Counted from the stretch's first letter, positions 28,652 to 38,668 are shown. The stretch: 64,000 nt of DNA from an uncultured Candidatus Entotheonella sp. (GCA_965217185.1 OZ244252.1:1664001-1728000); one strand, 5' to 3'. Notes: a model not told the origin generated them from the sequence alone. Numbers and translations are program-made.

Positions 28652-30367
28652 TTAACGCGACAGGGCCACGATCAGGTTGCCGTGCTCCAGGCTGTGCTCC
28701 TCGTAACCCCAGCCGGGCACGCCACCGACAGCCTGCACGACGTACTGCTTGCCGTCCAGCATATAGGTAATCGGCCCCGACTTGGGCGTGGTGCCCAGGT
28801 TGACGGCATACAGGATTTCTCCCGAAGCCGCATCAACGGCCTGAAAATCGGCGTTCTGGCTGGTGTAGAAGACTAGGCCGCCGGCGGTGGACAACATGCC
28901 GCCAGCGAAACCCCACTTGGTTTTCTGATCGCGCCAGATCTCGTTGCCGCTATTGATGTTCATGGCGAGATTCACCTCGTACGCGTCTTCACGGTCGAAG
29001 AGAAACTCGAACGTGGCGCCAAGATTCCGCACGTTGCTGATGACCTTGACTTCCTCATAGCCATACATCATGCCGAGGTTGGTTGCCGGCAGAAAGATCA
29101 TGCCGCTGTCCGGGTTGTAGGCTGCGGGATACATGTTTACCCCGCCGAAAACGCTGGGCCACACCTCCAGCGTCTCGCCGCCCTGCTCCGGCAGCGCGAT
29201 CTGGTTAACCGGGCGGCCTTCGACGTCGTAGCCCTCCGCCCAATTGATCTTGTCGCTGAACCTTGCCGCCCGCAGGAACTGACCGGTCGCCGCATCCAGG
29301 TAGTGGATGTAACCGGTCTTGTTCGGCTGCACAATGGTCTTGCGACCATCAATGGTGATGATCAACGGCGTTTGCATGGTGTCGTAATCCCACGGATCGC
29401 CCGGCACCACGGTATAACGCCAAGGCACCTTGCCGGTATCCGTGTTGACCGCCACCACGCTGGCGGCGCCCACGTTGTCGTATTTGCCGTTGCCGCGCGG
29501 CACGGCGTTGAACGGGTAGGCGTTCGCCGTGCCCGTATAGTACATGCGCAGGTCGGGGTCCCAAGTGCCAACGATCCACGGACCGGCGCCGCCATAGTCG
29601 CGGCTGTCACCGGGCCACGATTCGTAACCGGGCTCTCCCGGACCGGGAATCATGTTGGCCTGCCAGAGCACCGCACCGTCGTCAGGGCTCACGCCAGCCA
29701 CGTAGCCGGGCAAGCCGCCCATGTCCGTGGCGTTCAGGGGCACGATGATTTGACCAGGAATGGCCAGCGGCCCGGCGGTGCCGAAGTAGCCGTTGGAATC
29801 CTCGGTCTTGTCAAACGCCTTGGGGTAGTGCATGTATTGCTGGACAAACTTCGCCACGCCGGTCCTGTAATGAATAGCGTGCAACTTCGTGTCGTTGGAA
29901 AGGAAATATATATACTCCCCGGAGATGGCCAGGTTGCGGTGCTTGCCAGTAAAGAAATCGGCAAACTGGCCGCCCCAGTCCTCGGGAAGCTCATGGACGT
30001 ACTTCCACAGCCGGCCGCCGGATCGAGCGTCGACGGCAAAGACCGTGTTGTCCTGCGCCTGATACACCACCCCGTCATGGTACAGCGGGGTGCCCTGAGC
30101 ATCGGTTTCGCCGCCGGTGGAGAAAATCCAGGCGACTCTGAGATCGCCAACATTACTCGGGTTCAACTGGGTCAACAGGCTGTGGCGATGCCCGGCCCAG
30201 TTGCCATTGCCATGCAGCCAGGAGGCCGCCGGCGCGGATGCCAGCATCGAATCCGTGACCCCCGCCTGTGCATCCTCTTCTTGCGCTTGTACCCATCCGG
30301 CGCCGCCCACCATGCACAGCGCAACGACCATACCTACGCCCACGAGTCGTGTGAAGATACGATTCAT
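28652..30367 (-). CDS. PQQ-dependent dehydrogenase, methanol/ethanol-family-like, paralog 1
   Basis: Signal peptide; RHSLLTQLN, TPL, YTGTAN, DPWDYD, GGVN and PITYMLDGKQYV motifs; AAGGAGG RBS before ATG 30367. Confidence 0.88.
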   Translation of the reverse strand: MNRIFTRLVGVGMVVALCMVGGAGWVQAQEEDAQAGVTDSMLASAPAASWLHGNGNWAGHRHSLLTQLNPSNVGDLRVAWIFSTGGETDAQGTPLYHDGVVYQAQDNTVFAVDARSGGRLWKYVHELPEDWGGQFADFFTGKHRNLAISGEYIYFLSNDTKLHAIHYRTGVAKFVQQYMHYPKAFDKTEDSNGYFGTAGPLAIPGQIIVPLNATDMGGLPGYVAGVSPDDGAVLWQANMIPGPGEPGYESWPGDSRDYGGAGPWIVGTWDPDLRMYYTGTANAYPFNAVPRGNGKYDNVGAASVVAVNTDTGKVPWRYTVVPGDPWDYDTMQTPLIITIDGRKTIVQPNKTGYIHYLDAATGQFLRAARFSDKINWAEGYDVEGRPVNQIALPEQGGETLEVWPSVFGGVNMYPAAYNPDSGMIFLPATNLGMMYGYEEVKVISNVRNLGATFEFLFDREDAYEVNLAMNINSGNEIWRDQKTKWGFAGGMLSTAGGLVFYTSQNADFQAVDAASGEILYAVNLGTTPKSGPITYMLDGKQYVVQAVGGVPGWGYEEHSLEHGNLIVALSR

Positions 30368-30452
30368 AACTCCCTCCTTATTCGACATTCGACTCCGGAG
30401 ATTTAGCGTCTGTCCTGCGTTGGTAAAGCACACTCTTGGAAGGGACGGGCGC

Positions 30453-30481
30453 ATGGTAGGAAGGGGGGTATAACGTGTCAA
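30453..30481 (-). promoter_or_regulatory. sigma70 promoter of PQQ dehydrogenase 1
   Basis: TTGACA-17 nt-TACCAT. Confidence 0.65.
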
Positions 30482-30591
30482 CCAAAAACTGACCCGCCAG
30501 GGCTGAGGTGCAGCAGGCAAGAGGAATGGTTCATAGCGGACAATAGGGACAGATGCTGTCAGATGCCGTCGGGTCGCCGGCATTCACCGCG

Positions 30592-31026
30592 TCACCGAGG
30601 CCTGGTCTCGGAATCTCCCCAATAAGCGCCCTCTATTGCCAAAGTTTCGAGAAACGCGCCAATTTGGAATATAAGCTCCTCGGACAACACTTTACCCCAA
30701 CTGGGCATCTTACCTATTCGGCCGGTTTCGCGACCATTCTTGACGATGTGGACGTATTGCTCAAAACCTCTTTTGAATACCCGCAAATCAGCGCCGCTTG
30801 GACCCCGCTCGGCTGCGCCGTTGGCGCGGGGGCCGTGACACGGGGCGCACACCGCCAGAAACCAGGACTTGCCTTCTTTAATCGCCTTCTCATCTCCGGA
30901 AAAAGGATTAGTCGCCGGCACCTCCGACTCGGCGTGCACCAAACGTTGCGCTACGAGCCCCGCATCGAACGCCAGACAACCCATAACCACCATAACTACC
31001 GTTGCCACTCGAACTGCACGCCCCAT
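30592..31026 (-). CDS. periplasmic monoheme class I cytochrome c
   Basis: Signal peptide; NPFSGD...G, CAPCHG and MPSW axial Met; likely start ATG 31026. Confidence 0.88.
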   Translation of the reverse strand: MGRAVRVATVVMVVMGCLAFDAGLVAQRLVHAESEVPATNPFSGDEKAIKEGKSWFLAVCAPCHGPRANGAAERGPSGADLRVFKRGFEQYVHIVKNGRETGRIGKMPSWGKVLSEELIFQIGAFLETLAIEGAYWGDSETRPR

Positions 31027-31125
31027 CGCCACGCCCTTGTTTTTCTCTCCACAACGAACCAAGGCACGCACGACAAATCGTACGTGCCTTGGCACTTCTA
31101 CTTCACATCACCTACAACACGGGGC

Positions 31126-32826
31126 TTAGCGGCTGAACGCCACCACCATGCTGCCGTGCTCCAAGTTATGCTCTTGGAAATCCCAGCCCGGCACACCGCC
31201 GACCGGCTGCACGACGTATTGCTTGCCATCCAGCATGTAGGTGATGGGGCCGGCCTTCGGCGTTACACCAAGGTTGAAGGTGTAGAGAATCTCGCCCGTG
31301 GTGGCATTCGTGGCATGGAAGATGCCCGCTTGGCTGGTGTAGAACACCAGGTTGCCGGCCGTCGTCAGCATACCACCTGCATAGCCCCACTTGCCCTTCT
31401 GATCGCGCCATACCTCAGCGCCGGTCTTCACGTCGATCGCCAACTCCAGCTCGTAACCCCAGATGAATTCCACCGAGGCTCCAAAGTGACGCACGTTGGC
31501 GATGACCTTGATGTCTTCAAACTTGTACTCCATGCCCGCATTCGTCGCCGCCAGATACAGGTTCCCGGTCAGCGGGTTGTAGGCATTGGGATACATGTTG
31601 ACGCCGCCGAACAGGCTCGGCCACACCTCTACCGCGCCGCCGTCTTCAATCGGAAGGTCCAATTGACCCACCGGACGGCCTTCGACGTCGTAGCCCTGGA
31701 TCCAGTTAATCCGGTCGGCAAACGCCGGGGCGCGCAGGAACTCGCCGGTGGCCGCATCCAGGTAATGGATGTAGCCGGTCTTGTTCGGATGCACGACCGT
31801 CTTGCGACCGTCAATGTTGATGACCATGGGGGTCTGCATGGTGTCATAGTCCCAGGGGTCGCCGGGAACCACAACATAGCGCCATGCTGCCTTGCCGGTA
31901 TCGGTGCTGCACGCCACCACGCTGGCAGCGCCGAGGTTGTCCATCTTGCCGTCGCCGCGGGTCTTGGGGTTCCACGGATAGGCGTTGGCCGTGCCGGTGT
32001 AATACATCTGCAAGTCGGGATCCCAGGCGCCAGTGATCCAGGGGCCAGCGCCGCCGTACTCAGCGCTGTCGCCGGGCCAGCTTTCATAGCCGGGCTCGCC
32101 GGGGCCGGGAATCATGTTGCATTCCCACAGGATTTCGCCATCTTCGGGATTGACGCCATAAACCCAGCCCGGCAGGCCGCCGAAGTCGGTGCCGTTCAGG
32201 GGGACCAGGATCTGGCCCGGGATGGCCGTGGGCCCGATGGTGGTGGCGTAGCCCGTTGAGTCGCCGTCCTCAGTCTTTTCGAAGTCCTCGGGATAATCGA
32301 GGTATTGCTTGACGAACTTCTGCTCGCCCGTCTTGTAGTGAATGGCGTGCAGCTTGGCGTCGTTCGACAGGAAGTAGACGTGATTCCCGAGGATAGCCAC
32401 ACCGCGGTGCTTGCCGGTGATGAAATCGACGTTGTAGCCGCCAAACGTCTCGGGCAGCTCATGCTCATACTTCCAGATCCGCCGGCCGGACCGGGCGTCA
32501 ATAGCAAAAACCTTGTTATCCTGCGCGAAGTACACCAGACCGTCATGGTACAGCGGCGTATTCTGCGCATCGGTCTCACCGCCCGGCGCGAACATCCAGG
32601 CGACGTTGAGGTCGGCAACATTGGAGGTGTTCAGCTGCGTGAGCACGCTGTAGCGATGCCCGGCGAGATTGCCGTTGGTGTGCAGCCAAGATGCTGCCGG
32701 GTCGGCCAGCAGCATTGAATCCGTCACCGCCAGATCATTCTGCGCGCTGACCCATGAGGCGGTTCCCATCAAGCAGAGCGCCAACGCGACGCCCACGCTC
32801 GTGAGCTTCGTCAACATACGGTACAT
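31126..32826 (-). CDS. PQQ-dependent dehydrogenase, methanol/ethanol-family-like, paralog 2
   Basis: Same motif set as paralog 1, with long identical stretches (MIPGPGEPGYESWPGDS, VVPGDPWDYDTMQTP). Confidence 0.88.
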   Translation of the reverse strand: MYRMLTKLTSVGVALALCLMGTASWVSAQNDLAVTDSMLLADPAASWLHTNGNLAGHRYSVLTQLNTSNVADLNVAWMFAPGGETDAQNTPLYHDGLVYFAQDNKVFAIDARSGRRIWKYEHELPETFGGYNVDFITGKHRGVAILGNHVYFLSNDAKLHAIHYKTGEQKFVKQYLDYPEDFEKTEDGDSTGYATTIGPTAIPGQILVPLNGTDFGGLPGWVYGVNPEDGEILWECNMIPGPGEPGYESWPGDSAEYGGAGPWITGAWDPDLQMYYTGTANAYPWNPKTRGDGKMDNLGAASVVACSTDTGKAAWRYVVVPGDPWDYDTMQTPMVINIDGRKTVVHPNKTGYIHYLDAATGEFLRAPAFADRINWIQGYDVEGRPVGQLDLPIEDGGAVEVWPSLFGGVNMYPNAYNPLTGNLYLAATNAGMEYKFEDIKVIANVRHFGASVEFIWGYELELAIDVKTGAEVWRDQKGKWGYAGGMLTTAGNLVFYTSQAGIFHATNATTGEILYTFNLGVTPKAGPITYMLDGKQYVVQPVGGVPGWDFQEHNLEHGSMVVAFSR

Positions 32827-32905
32827 GGCCTACTCCTTATTGGGTTCAGAACATTTCGGTATGCCTTGCCGTGACACTGGCATGGCCCAATCCTGGAAGG
32901 GCGCA

Positions 32906-32934
32906 ATGTTATGGAGGCGCTCCAGGAGTGTCAA
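32906..32934 (-). promoter_or_regulatory. sigma70 promoter of PQQ dehydrogenase 2
   Basis: TTGACA-17 nt-TAACAT. Confidence 0.65.
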
Positions 32935-33090
32935 CCCCAAATTGTATTCCCGGCAGCGGTCGGAGGCCATTGTGACGCCGTTTCCAGCGCGCCGTTCCCG
33001 TTACTTTCGCGGCAGGTTGTGGATATAATGGCGGCCGGTTTGCCCGAGGAGCGAATCCCACCCTACAAACTACCCGTTGAGGAGTCACTT

Positions 33091-33519
33091 ATGCGCTTAG
33101 TCGTCCTGGCGATTATCCTGGCCATGTTCGCGGGTTTGGCAGCGACACCCCCCGCTTACGCGGAGGACGCCAATCCGGAATTGACGGCGGATTTACAGAA
33201 ATGGCTGGTTGGAAGCTGGATGTGCCGCTACAGCCGCTCCATGCGAATGCAGGCCATCTACAGAGCGGACAAGCAATTCGAGTGGATTTTCCATATCGGA
33301 ATCGTGCCGTATGCAACGACAATCCGAATCTTCGGGTCCTACGACATCGCCACGCCGGGCAGCGACGGTCACGACGCAGTGGTGCTGGCGACCATTCAGG
33401 GCTCGTTCCCGGAAGATCCCCAATATTCGGCGGGACGAGAGGAAAAGGCAGACTTTACGCAAACCGGAGCGAACACCATGCGGGATAGCAACGGGGATTG
33501 CGAGCGGGGCTCGGAATAA
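33091..33519 (+). CDS. hypothetical secreted protein, possibly lipocalin-like
   Basis: GAGGAG RBS; AYA signal peptidase site; LVGSW motif. Confidence 0.6.
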   Translation: MRLVVLAIILAMFAGLAATPPAYAEDANPELTADLQKWLVGSWMCRYSRSMRMQAIYRADKQFEWIFHIGIVPYATTIRIFGSYDIATPGSDGHDAVVLATIQGSFPEDPQYSAGREEKADFTQTGANTMRDSNGDCERGSE

Positions 33520-33521
33520 GC

Positions 33522-33567
33522 GGGAGCGGGACCAGATGAACGGTTAATTTAATAACGGTCCGCTCCC
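33522..33567. terminator. inverted repeat between convergent genes
   Basis: GGGAGCGG(G)ACC...GGTCCGCTCCC. Confidence 0.45.
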
Positions 33568-33587
33568 TCAATAGAAGACGGTCCCAC

Positions 33588-34709
33588 CTACTTCCCCCAA
33601 TAATGCGGCACCAGGATCTCCATGGGGGGCCGCAGCCGCCGGGCGTGCGGCACGGCGCGTTCGGCGAACGTCCGCTGCGAGTTGAGCACCTTGGCGAAAA
33701 AGGGATTCTTGGCGGATTCCACCTCGAACACCTTGTCCATCGCCTCCAGTTCGGCCTTCAGCACGTCGTCCGGCGTCCGCATGATTTCCACGCCATGCTT
33801 GCCGGTCAATTCTTCGACCGCCTTGCTTTCCAAGTCGACGCTGAACGCCGCCATGCGGATGATCTCAGCCAAGCAGGCAGATTTGACGATGGCCTTGAGG
33901 TCGTCCGGCAGCGCCTCCCAGACGCTGGTGTTGATCAACAAGTCCTGGAGTGAAGCGGGCTGCCGCAGGTCAGGCATGTAGTAATACTTCGTGACGTTGT
34001 GGAAGCCGATAAGGATGTCATGGCTGGGGATAGCCCACTCGGCTCCGTCCACGGCGCCGCGCTCCAATGCCGGCAGCACCTCGCCGCCGGGCAGCGTCAC
34101 CACCGATACGCCCATGTTCTGCATCATCTCCATGCCGAGGCCGGAGGTACGGTACTTCAACTGCCGCAACTCATCCAGGTTGGCAAACGGCTTGCGCACC
34201 CAGCCAAAGGCCTCCCAATACGGCAGGCCGGTGGTGAACAAGGCAACGACGTCCAGGCCGAGTTCCTTCTGCAACAACTCGTTGTAGAGGCTCGCGCCAT
34301 CGCCGGCGAACAGCCAGGCGAGGAATTCCTCGCGCCCGAGACCGAACGGGCCGCCGGGAGGCGGGCCGTACAGACCAGCGGCGGGATGCTTGCCGGCCCA
34401 GTAGCCCGGCCAAGCGTGCGCGGCGTCGATGAGGCCCCGGTGCACGGCGTCCAGAACCTCGAACGCCCCGACAATGGCGCCTGCCGGCATGACCTCCCAC
34501 CGGAGCCGACCGCCGGACATTTCCTCGACGTTTTCCGCCAGACGCTGGATCGATTTGTGCAACAGGTTGCCCGTCGGCCAAGTGCTCTGCAGCCGCCACA
34601 CAATCGGCTTGGCGCTATTTTCGGCCGCTGCTTGGGAAATCCAGCCACCACCGACCACCAAACACGCCAGCAGCAACGCAGTCGCCTTGATGTCCCTCCA
34701 TCCCTTCAT
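33588..34709 (-). CDS. TRAP transporter substrate-binding protein (DctP/TakP-like)
   Basis: WRLQSTWP, MSGGRL, LKYRTSG and LPGGEVLPALERGAVDGAEW motifs. Confidence 0.9.
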   Translation of the reverse strand: MKGWRDIKATALLLACLVVGGGWISQAAAENSAKPIVWRLQSTWPTGNLLHKSIQRLAENVEEMSGGRLRWEVMPAGAIVGAFEVLDAVHRGLIDAAHAWPGYWAGKHPAAGLYGPPPGGPFGLGREEFLAWLFAGDGASLYNELLQKELGLDVVALFTTGLPYWEAFGWVRKPFANLDELRQLKYRTSGLGMEMMQNMGVSVVTLPGGEVLPALERGAVDGAEWAIPSHDILIGFHNVTKYYYMPDLRQPASLQDLLINTSVWEALPDDLKAIVKSACLAEIIRMAAFSVDLESKAVEELTGKHGVEIMRTPDDVLKAELEAMDKVFEVESAKNPFFAKVLNSQRTFAERAVPHARRLRPPMEILVPHYWGK

Positions 34710-34772
34710 CCCATGCCCCCTCTCGGCAAACCTTGTTCGTCATACACTGCCCAACATTGCGAAACGGCGGGC

Positions 34773-34881
34773 ACCTTACGCGCTGGGTTGTATGGAGTCA
34801 ACCGGCCCATTCCGGGCGCCTAACGCCACCCTCAGCACCCCGGGCAAGCCACTTGAATTACGCGGTTGAAGAATCTACCCT
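34773..34881. promoter_or_regulatory. divergent sigma70 promoter pair
   Basis: Minus: TTGACT-17-TAAGGT (34801-34773); plus: TTGAAT-17-TACCCT (34853-34881). Confidence 0.5.
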
Positions 34882-34929
34882 ACGTTGTTCGTCATCCAAT
34901 TACCAAGCTCTTTCACGGAGGAAGCACCC

Positions 34930-36690
34930 ATGGCCGCAGGCAGCCAGCCGCAATACCGTGTCGCCGTCCACAAAGACGTCCCGTTCCAAACCCGAGACGG
35001 TGTCACGCTGCGCGCTGACGTATACCGCCCGGACGCCGACGGACGCTTCCCCGTGCTGCTCACACGCCTGCCCTACGACAAGAACGGCCGCCAACGGCCC
35101 GGCGACATCGACTGCTTCGTGGAACGCGGCTACGTGGTCGTCGGGCAGGACACGCGGGGCCGTTTCGCCTCCGAGGGTGACGAGTACTACCCGCTCATCT
35201 GGGAAGCCCAGGACGGCTACGACGCGGTGGAATGGGCCGCCGCCCTGCCCTGGTCAGACGGCAACGTCGGCACCATGGGCCAGTCCTACCTCGGTGCCAC
35301 GCAGTACCTGCTACTGCCGACCCGCCCGCCGCACCTGAAGACGGCGTTCCCGGTTTCCGCGTCGGCCGATTTTCATCAAAGCTGGGTCTACCACACCGGC
35401 GGCGCCTTTGAATTCGGTTGGCAAATCCCCTACGCCATTCTGATGGCCCGCGACTCGCTCGCCCGCCAGGGGCTGACGGAATCGCTGTTGCCGGCCCTGG
35501 AACGGGAGATCACCGACCCCGTTATCCCCTTCGGCCAGCCCCTCACCGAGGCCGCCTGCCGCCGGCTCCCACTGACCTACTGGGACGACCTGCTCAAGCC
35601 GGTAGCCCGCTACCTCGGCGAGTACCTGCGCCATCCCGACGACGGCCCCTACTGGTGGGCCATCAACCTGGAACGGCAACTGCACAACATCAACATCCCG
35701 ATGTATCACGTCACCTCCTGGTACGACATCTTCCTGCGCGGCGGCTTGGCGGCGTTCGGCGGCCTGCGCGAGCACGCCATGGGCGAAACGGCGCGCCAAC
35801 ACCAGAAGCTGCTCATCGGCCCTTGGGCGCACCTGTTTCCATACACCAGCCCCACCTCACGCGGCGCCGGCGACATCGACTTCGGCGACAACGCCAAAAT
35901 TGAATTGCAAGAGACGCAACTGCGCTGGTTCGATCACTGGCTGAAGGGCATCGACACGGGAATCACTGACGAACCGCCGGTGAAGCTGTTCGTGATGGGA
36001 GAAAACGCTTGGCGCGACGAGAACGAGTGGCCGCTGGCGCGCACCCGCTACACGCCTTATTACTTCCACAGCCAGGGCCAAGCCAACAGCGCCGCCGGCA
36101 ATGGCAGCCTGAGCCCAGCAGCACCCACCGAGGAACCGCCAGATCGTTTCCTGTACGACCCGGATGATCCGGTGCCGACCCGCGGCGGCAACACGCTGAT
36201 CATCGCAGTCGGGGTGCAGGACCAACGGGAGGTGGAAGCACGGCAGGACGTTCTGGTTTACACGGGCGAACCGTTAAGCGAGCCGTTGGAGGTGACTGGT
36301 CCCATCACCGTAACGCTTTTCGCCGCCACCAGCGCGCCGGACACCGACTTCACCGCCAAATTGGTGGACGTGCGGCCCGACGGCTACGCACGCAATCTGG
36401 CAGACGGCATCATCCGGGGCCGCTACCGCGCCTCCCGCACCCGCCCCACCCTGTTGCAACCCGACACCGTCACCGAATTCACCATCGACCTCTGGGCCAC
36501 CAGCCACGTGTTTCTGCCGGGGCACCGCATCCGGGTGGAGATTTCTTCCAGCAACTTTCCACGCTTCGACCGCAACCTCAACACCGGCGGCGACCAAGCG
36601 ACCAGCAGCCGGTTCCAAACTGCGAGCCAGAGCGTGTTCCACGATTCCCGGTATCCTTCGCACATCGTGCTGCCGGTCATTCCGAGGTAG
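34930..36690 (+). CDS. CocE/NonD family hydrolase
   Basis: RDGVTLRADVYRP, DTRGRFASEG, GQSYLG, WYD, IGPWAH and SSSNFPRFDRN motifs. Confidence 0.93.
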   Translation: MAAGSQPQYRVAVHKDVPFQTRDGVTLRADVYRPDADGRFPVLLTRLPYDKNGRQRPGDIDCFVERGYVVVGQDTRGRFASEGDEYYPLIWEAQDGYDAVEWAAALPWSDGNVGTMGQSYLGATQYLLLPTRPPHLKTAFPVSASADFHQSWVYHTGGAFEFGWQIPYAILMARDSLARQGLTESLLPALEREITDPVIPFGQPLTEAACRRLPLTYWDDLLKPVARYLGEYLRHPDDGPYWWAINLERQLHNINIPMYHVTSWYDIFLRGGLAAFGGLREHAMGETARQHQKLLIGPWAHLFPYTSPTSRGAGDIDFGDNAKIELQETQLRWFDHWLKGIDTGITDEPPVKLFVMGENAWRDENEWPLARTRYTPYYFHSQGQANSAAGNGSLSPAAPTEEPPDRFLYDPDDPVPTRGGNTLIIAVGVQDQREVEARQDVLVYTGEPLSEPLEVTGPITVTLFAATSAPDTDFTAKLVDVRPDGYARNLADGIIRGRYRASRTRPTLLQPDTVTEFTIDLWATSHVFLPGHRIRVEISSSNFPRFDRNLNTGGDQATSSRFQTASQSVFHDSRYPSHIVLPVIPR

Positions 36691-36709
36691 GAGGCATTCG
36701 CTCGCCGCG

Positions 36710-37723
36710 TCAGCCCTGCAGCCGCTGGCGCAGATCGCTGATCGTGTATTTGCCCGGCTTTTCGCGTTTTGCCGCCATGTCATTGATCAGGTCCAGCAGG
36801 AGACTGCTGCATGGCGTTGGGACATTGTGGTGGCGGCCAAGCTCAACGATCTCGCCGTTGAAATAATCGGCTTCCACCTCGCCGCGCTGGTGATGCAGGT
36901 CCTGCCACAGTGAGGCGCGGCCCTTGAGTTCCTCGTCCTCCGGCACATCCGGCTTGAAGTCTGGATTGCGCAACTCGGCAATGCGGTCTTCGATCGGTCC
37001 CATGTCGGGCGGCCCTTCGTAGGCGATCCCGGCGGCGCGCAGCACCCGGGCGCCCTCCTCCCACACGTCCGCCATCCACAGACGTGCCTCGCCGTTCGAA
37101 CGCGCTTCCTGACTGGCCAGCCCGGTCAGGCCCATGGTGGCGTTGTTGAGGTTGATCAGCATCTTGTTCCACTTAGCCTGGACAATGCGTTCGGTGGTGT
37201 AAACCGACAAGTCGGTCTTTTCCAGAGCGGCGGCGACGTCCTGGGCCGCTTGGCTGAGTCCCTCCGGATAGGTGCCGACGCCGACCGGCCCGTTGCCGGT
37301 GTGCACGATTTCTCCCGGGTTCAGGCGCTTCGCGCCGATCAGCACCATGACGCCGTTGACGTTTCTGAAGTATTGACCCGCCGTGGGCTCGTTGGCGACC
37401 CCGTTCTGCGAACAGAAGATCGGCAATTCCAACGCCGTGGCACGCCGCAGCTCGGCACAAGCAGCAGCGCAGTGGAACGATTTGACGGACATGAACACCG
37501 CGTCGTCGGGTCGAAAGTCGATGTCGCTGGCCTGCATCACGGCGGTGACCGGCAGGGTGTGGTTGCCGAGCACCCCCTTGAGTTGCAAACCGTGCTCGTT
37601 GAGCGCCGCGACGTGCTCGGCAATTTTATCGATGAAGATAACCTCAAAACCGGCTTTGGCCAGTTGACCGCCCAGGACTCCCCCAATCGCACCCGTACCA
37701 CACATGACGAAACGCATTGGCAT
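36710..37723 (-). CDS. ketopantoate reductase family oxidoreductase, second paralog
   Basis: GTGAIGG, VKS, QNG, KWNKMLIN and SLWQD...E...NG motifs. Confidence 0.85.
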   Translation of the reverse strand: MPMRFVMCGTGAIGGVLGGQLAKAGFEVIFIDKIAEHVAALNEHGLQLKGVLGNHTLPVTAVMQASDIDFRPDDAVFMSVKSFHCAAACAELRRATALELPIFCSQNGVANEPTAGQYFRNVNGVMVLIGAKRLNPGEIVHTGNGPVGVGTYPEGLSQAAQDVAAALEKTDLSVYTTERIVQAKWNKMLINLNNATMGLTGLASQEARSNGEARLWMADVWEEGARVLRAAGIAYEGPPDMGPIEDRIAELRNPDFKPDVPEDEELKGRASLWQDLHHQRGEVEADYFNGEIVELGRHHNVPTPCSSLLLDLINDMAAKREKPGKYTISDLRQRLQG

Positions 37724-37816
37724 ACTCCTCCAGTGAACATCGGATTCCGGGAAAACAAGGCCCGGTTGTACTCACAACAATACGGCAGGTCAATAAGATG
37801 TCCGGCACCAGCAGGG

Positions 37817-38554
37817 TTAAAGGTCCTCCAGAAAATCGATAATCGCCTGGCGAAAGGCGACGGCGTGGCTGGTCATGATGCCGTGACGGCCGCCCTCAAT
37901 GCCGATCAAAGAGGCGTTACGTAATCCGGCGTGCAAGCGGCGGCCTTCGGTAAACGGAACTTCTTCGTCCGCCGTGCCATGCAGGACGAGCGCCGGCGCC
38001 TCAACCTCACCCAGGCGGCTGGCAATCGGGTCGCCATGCAGGTGATAGGCCAGGTAAGTCTGCAGAATACCGCCAACGGCTCCACCCGAGGCTTGCCCCA
38101 GGATATTCCGCAGGTCCGACAGAGCGGTGGTGCCCAGATAAGTCGTCAGCGAAGCCAGTTCCGGCGGCACCCGCACCGTCTGCGAGGCGGTGCTGCTGAG
38201 CACCAGGGCCATGACCCGTTGCGGGTAATCCAGCGCGCACTGCAGCACCTGCGGCCCGCCGGCCGAGGTGCCCATAAGCACGGCCCGAGGGTGCCCCAAA
38301 TGATCCAGCAGGGCCATGATGTCGGCAACAAAACTATCGAACCCGTAGCCGCCTGCCGGCTCCTCCGACTGCCCGGCGGCGCGGCGGTCATAGGCAATTA
38401 CCGTGGCGTGCCGGGCCAACTCGGCCATGTGATGCTGCCGGAACACCTCACTGCCCCTGCCGCCGCCCAAACCGCCGTGCACGAACAGAAGGGGCACGCC
38501 CTCACCGGCAATCTGGTAATACATATCGAATCCGTTGATCCGTTCCTTCGGCAT
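37817..38554 (-). CDS. alpha/beta fold hydrolase
   Basis: FVHGG, GTSAGG nucleophile elbow, HGTAD and GRHG motifs. Confidence 0.88.
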   Translation of the reverse strand: MPKERINGFDMYYQIAGEGVPLLFVHGGLGGGRGSEVFRQHHMAELARHATVIAYDRRAAGQSEEPAGGYGFDSFVADIMALLDHLGHPRAVLMGTSAGGPQVLQCALDYPQRVMALVLSSTASQTVRVPPELASLTTYLGTTALSDLRNILGQASGGAVGGILQTYLAYHLHGDPIASRLGEVEAPALVLHGTADEEVPFTEGRRLHAGLRNASLIGIEGGRHGIMTSHAVAFRQAIIDFLEDL

Positions 38555-38668
38555 GCGCAACACCCCCCACGAGGTAGTGAATGCCCCACGTTTTTGTTAC
38601 CCCGTCGGGTTTTTGTTACAGTTGAAAGTCAATTCGTACCTTAATGCGCTGGAGAAAACGAGTCTAAC

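Noticed and set aside
30368..30591. Possible pqqA or other precursor peptide near the PQQ genes
   Set aside because: No small ORF with an ExxxY motif noticed; the region is accounted for by a promoter and leader
30553..32259. 568-aa plus-strand ORF, and similar long ORFs at 12562-14097, 9658-11040 and 51946-53598
   Set aside because: Antisense shadows of well-supported genes in GC-rich DNA; no recognisable motifs
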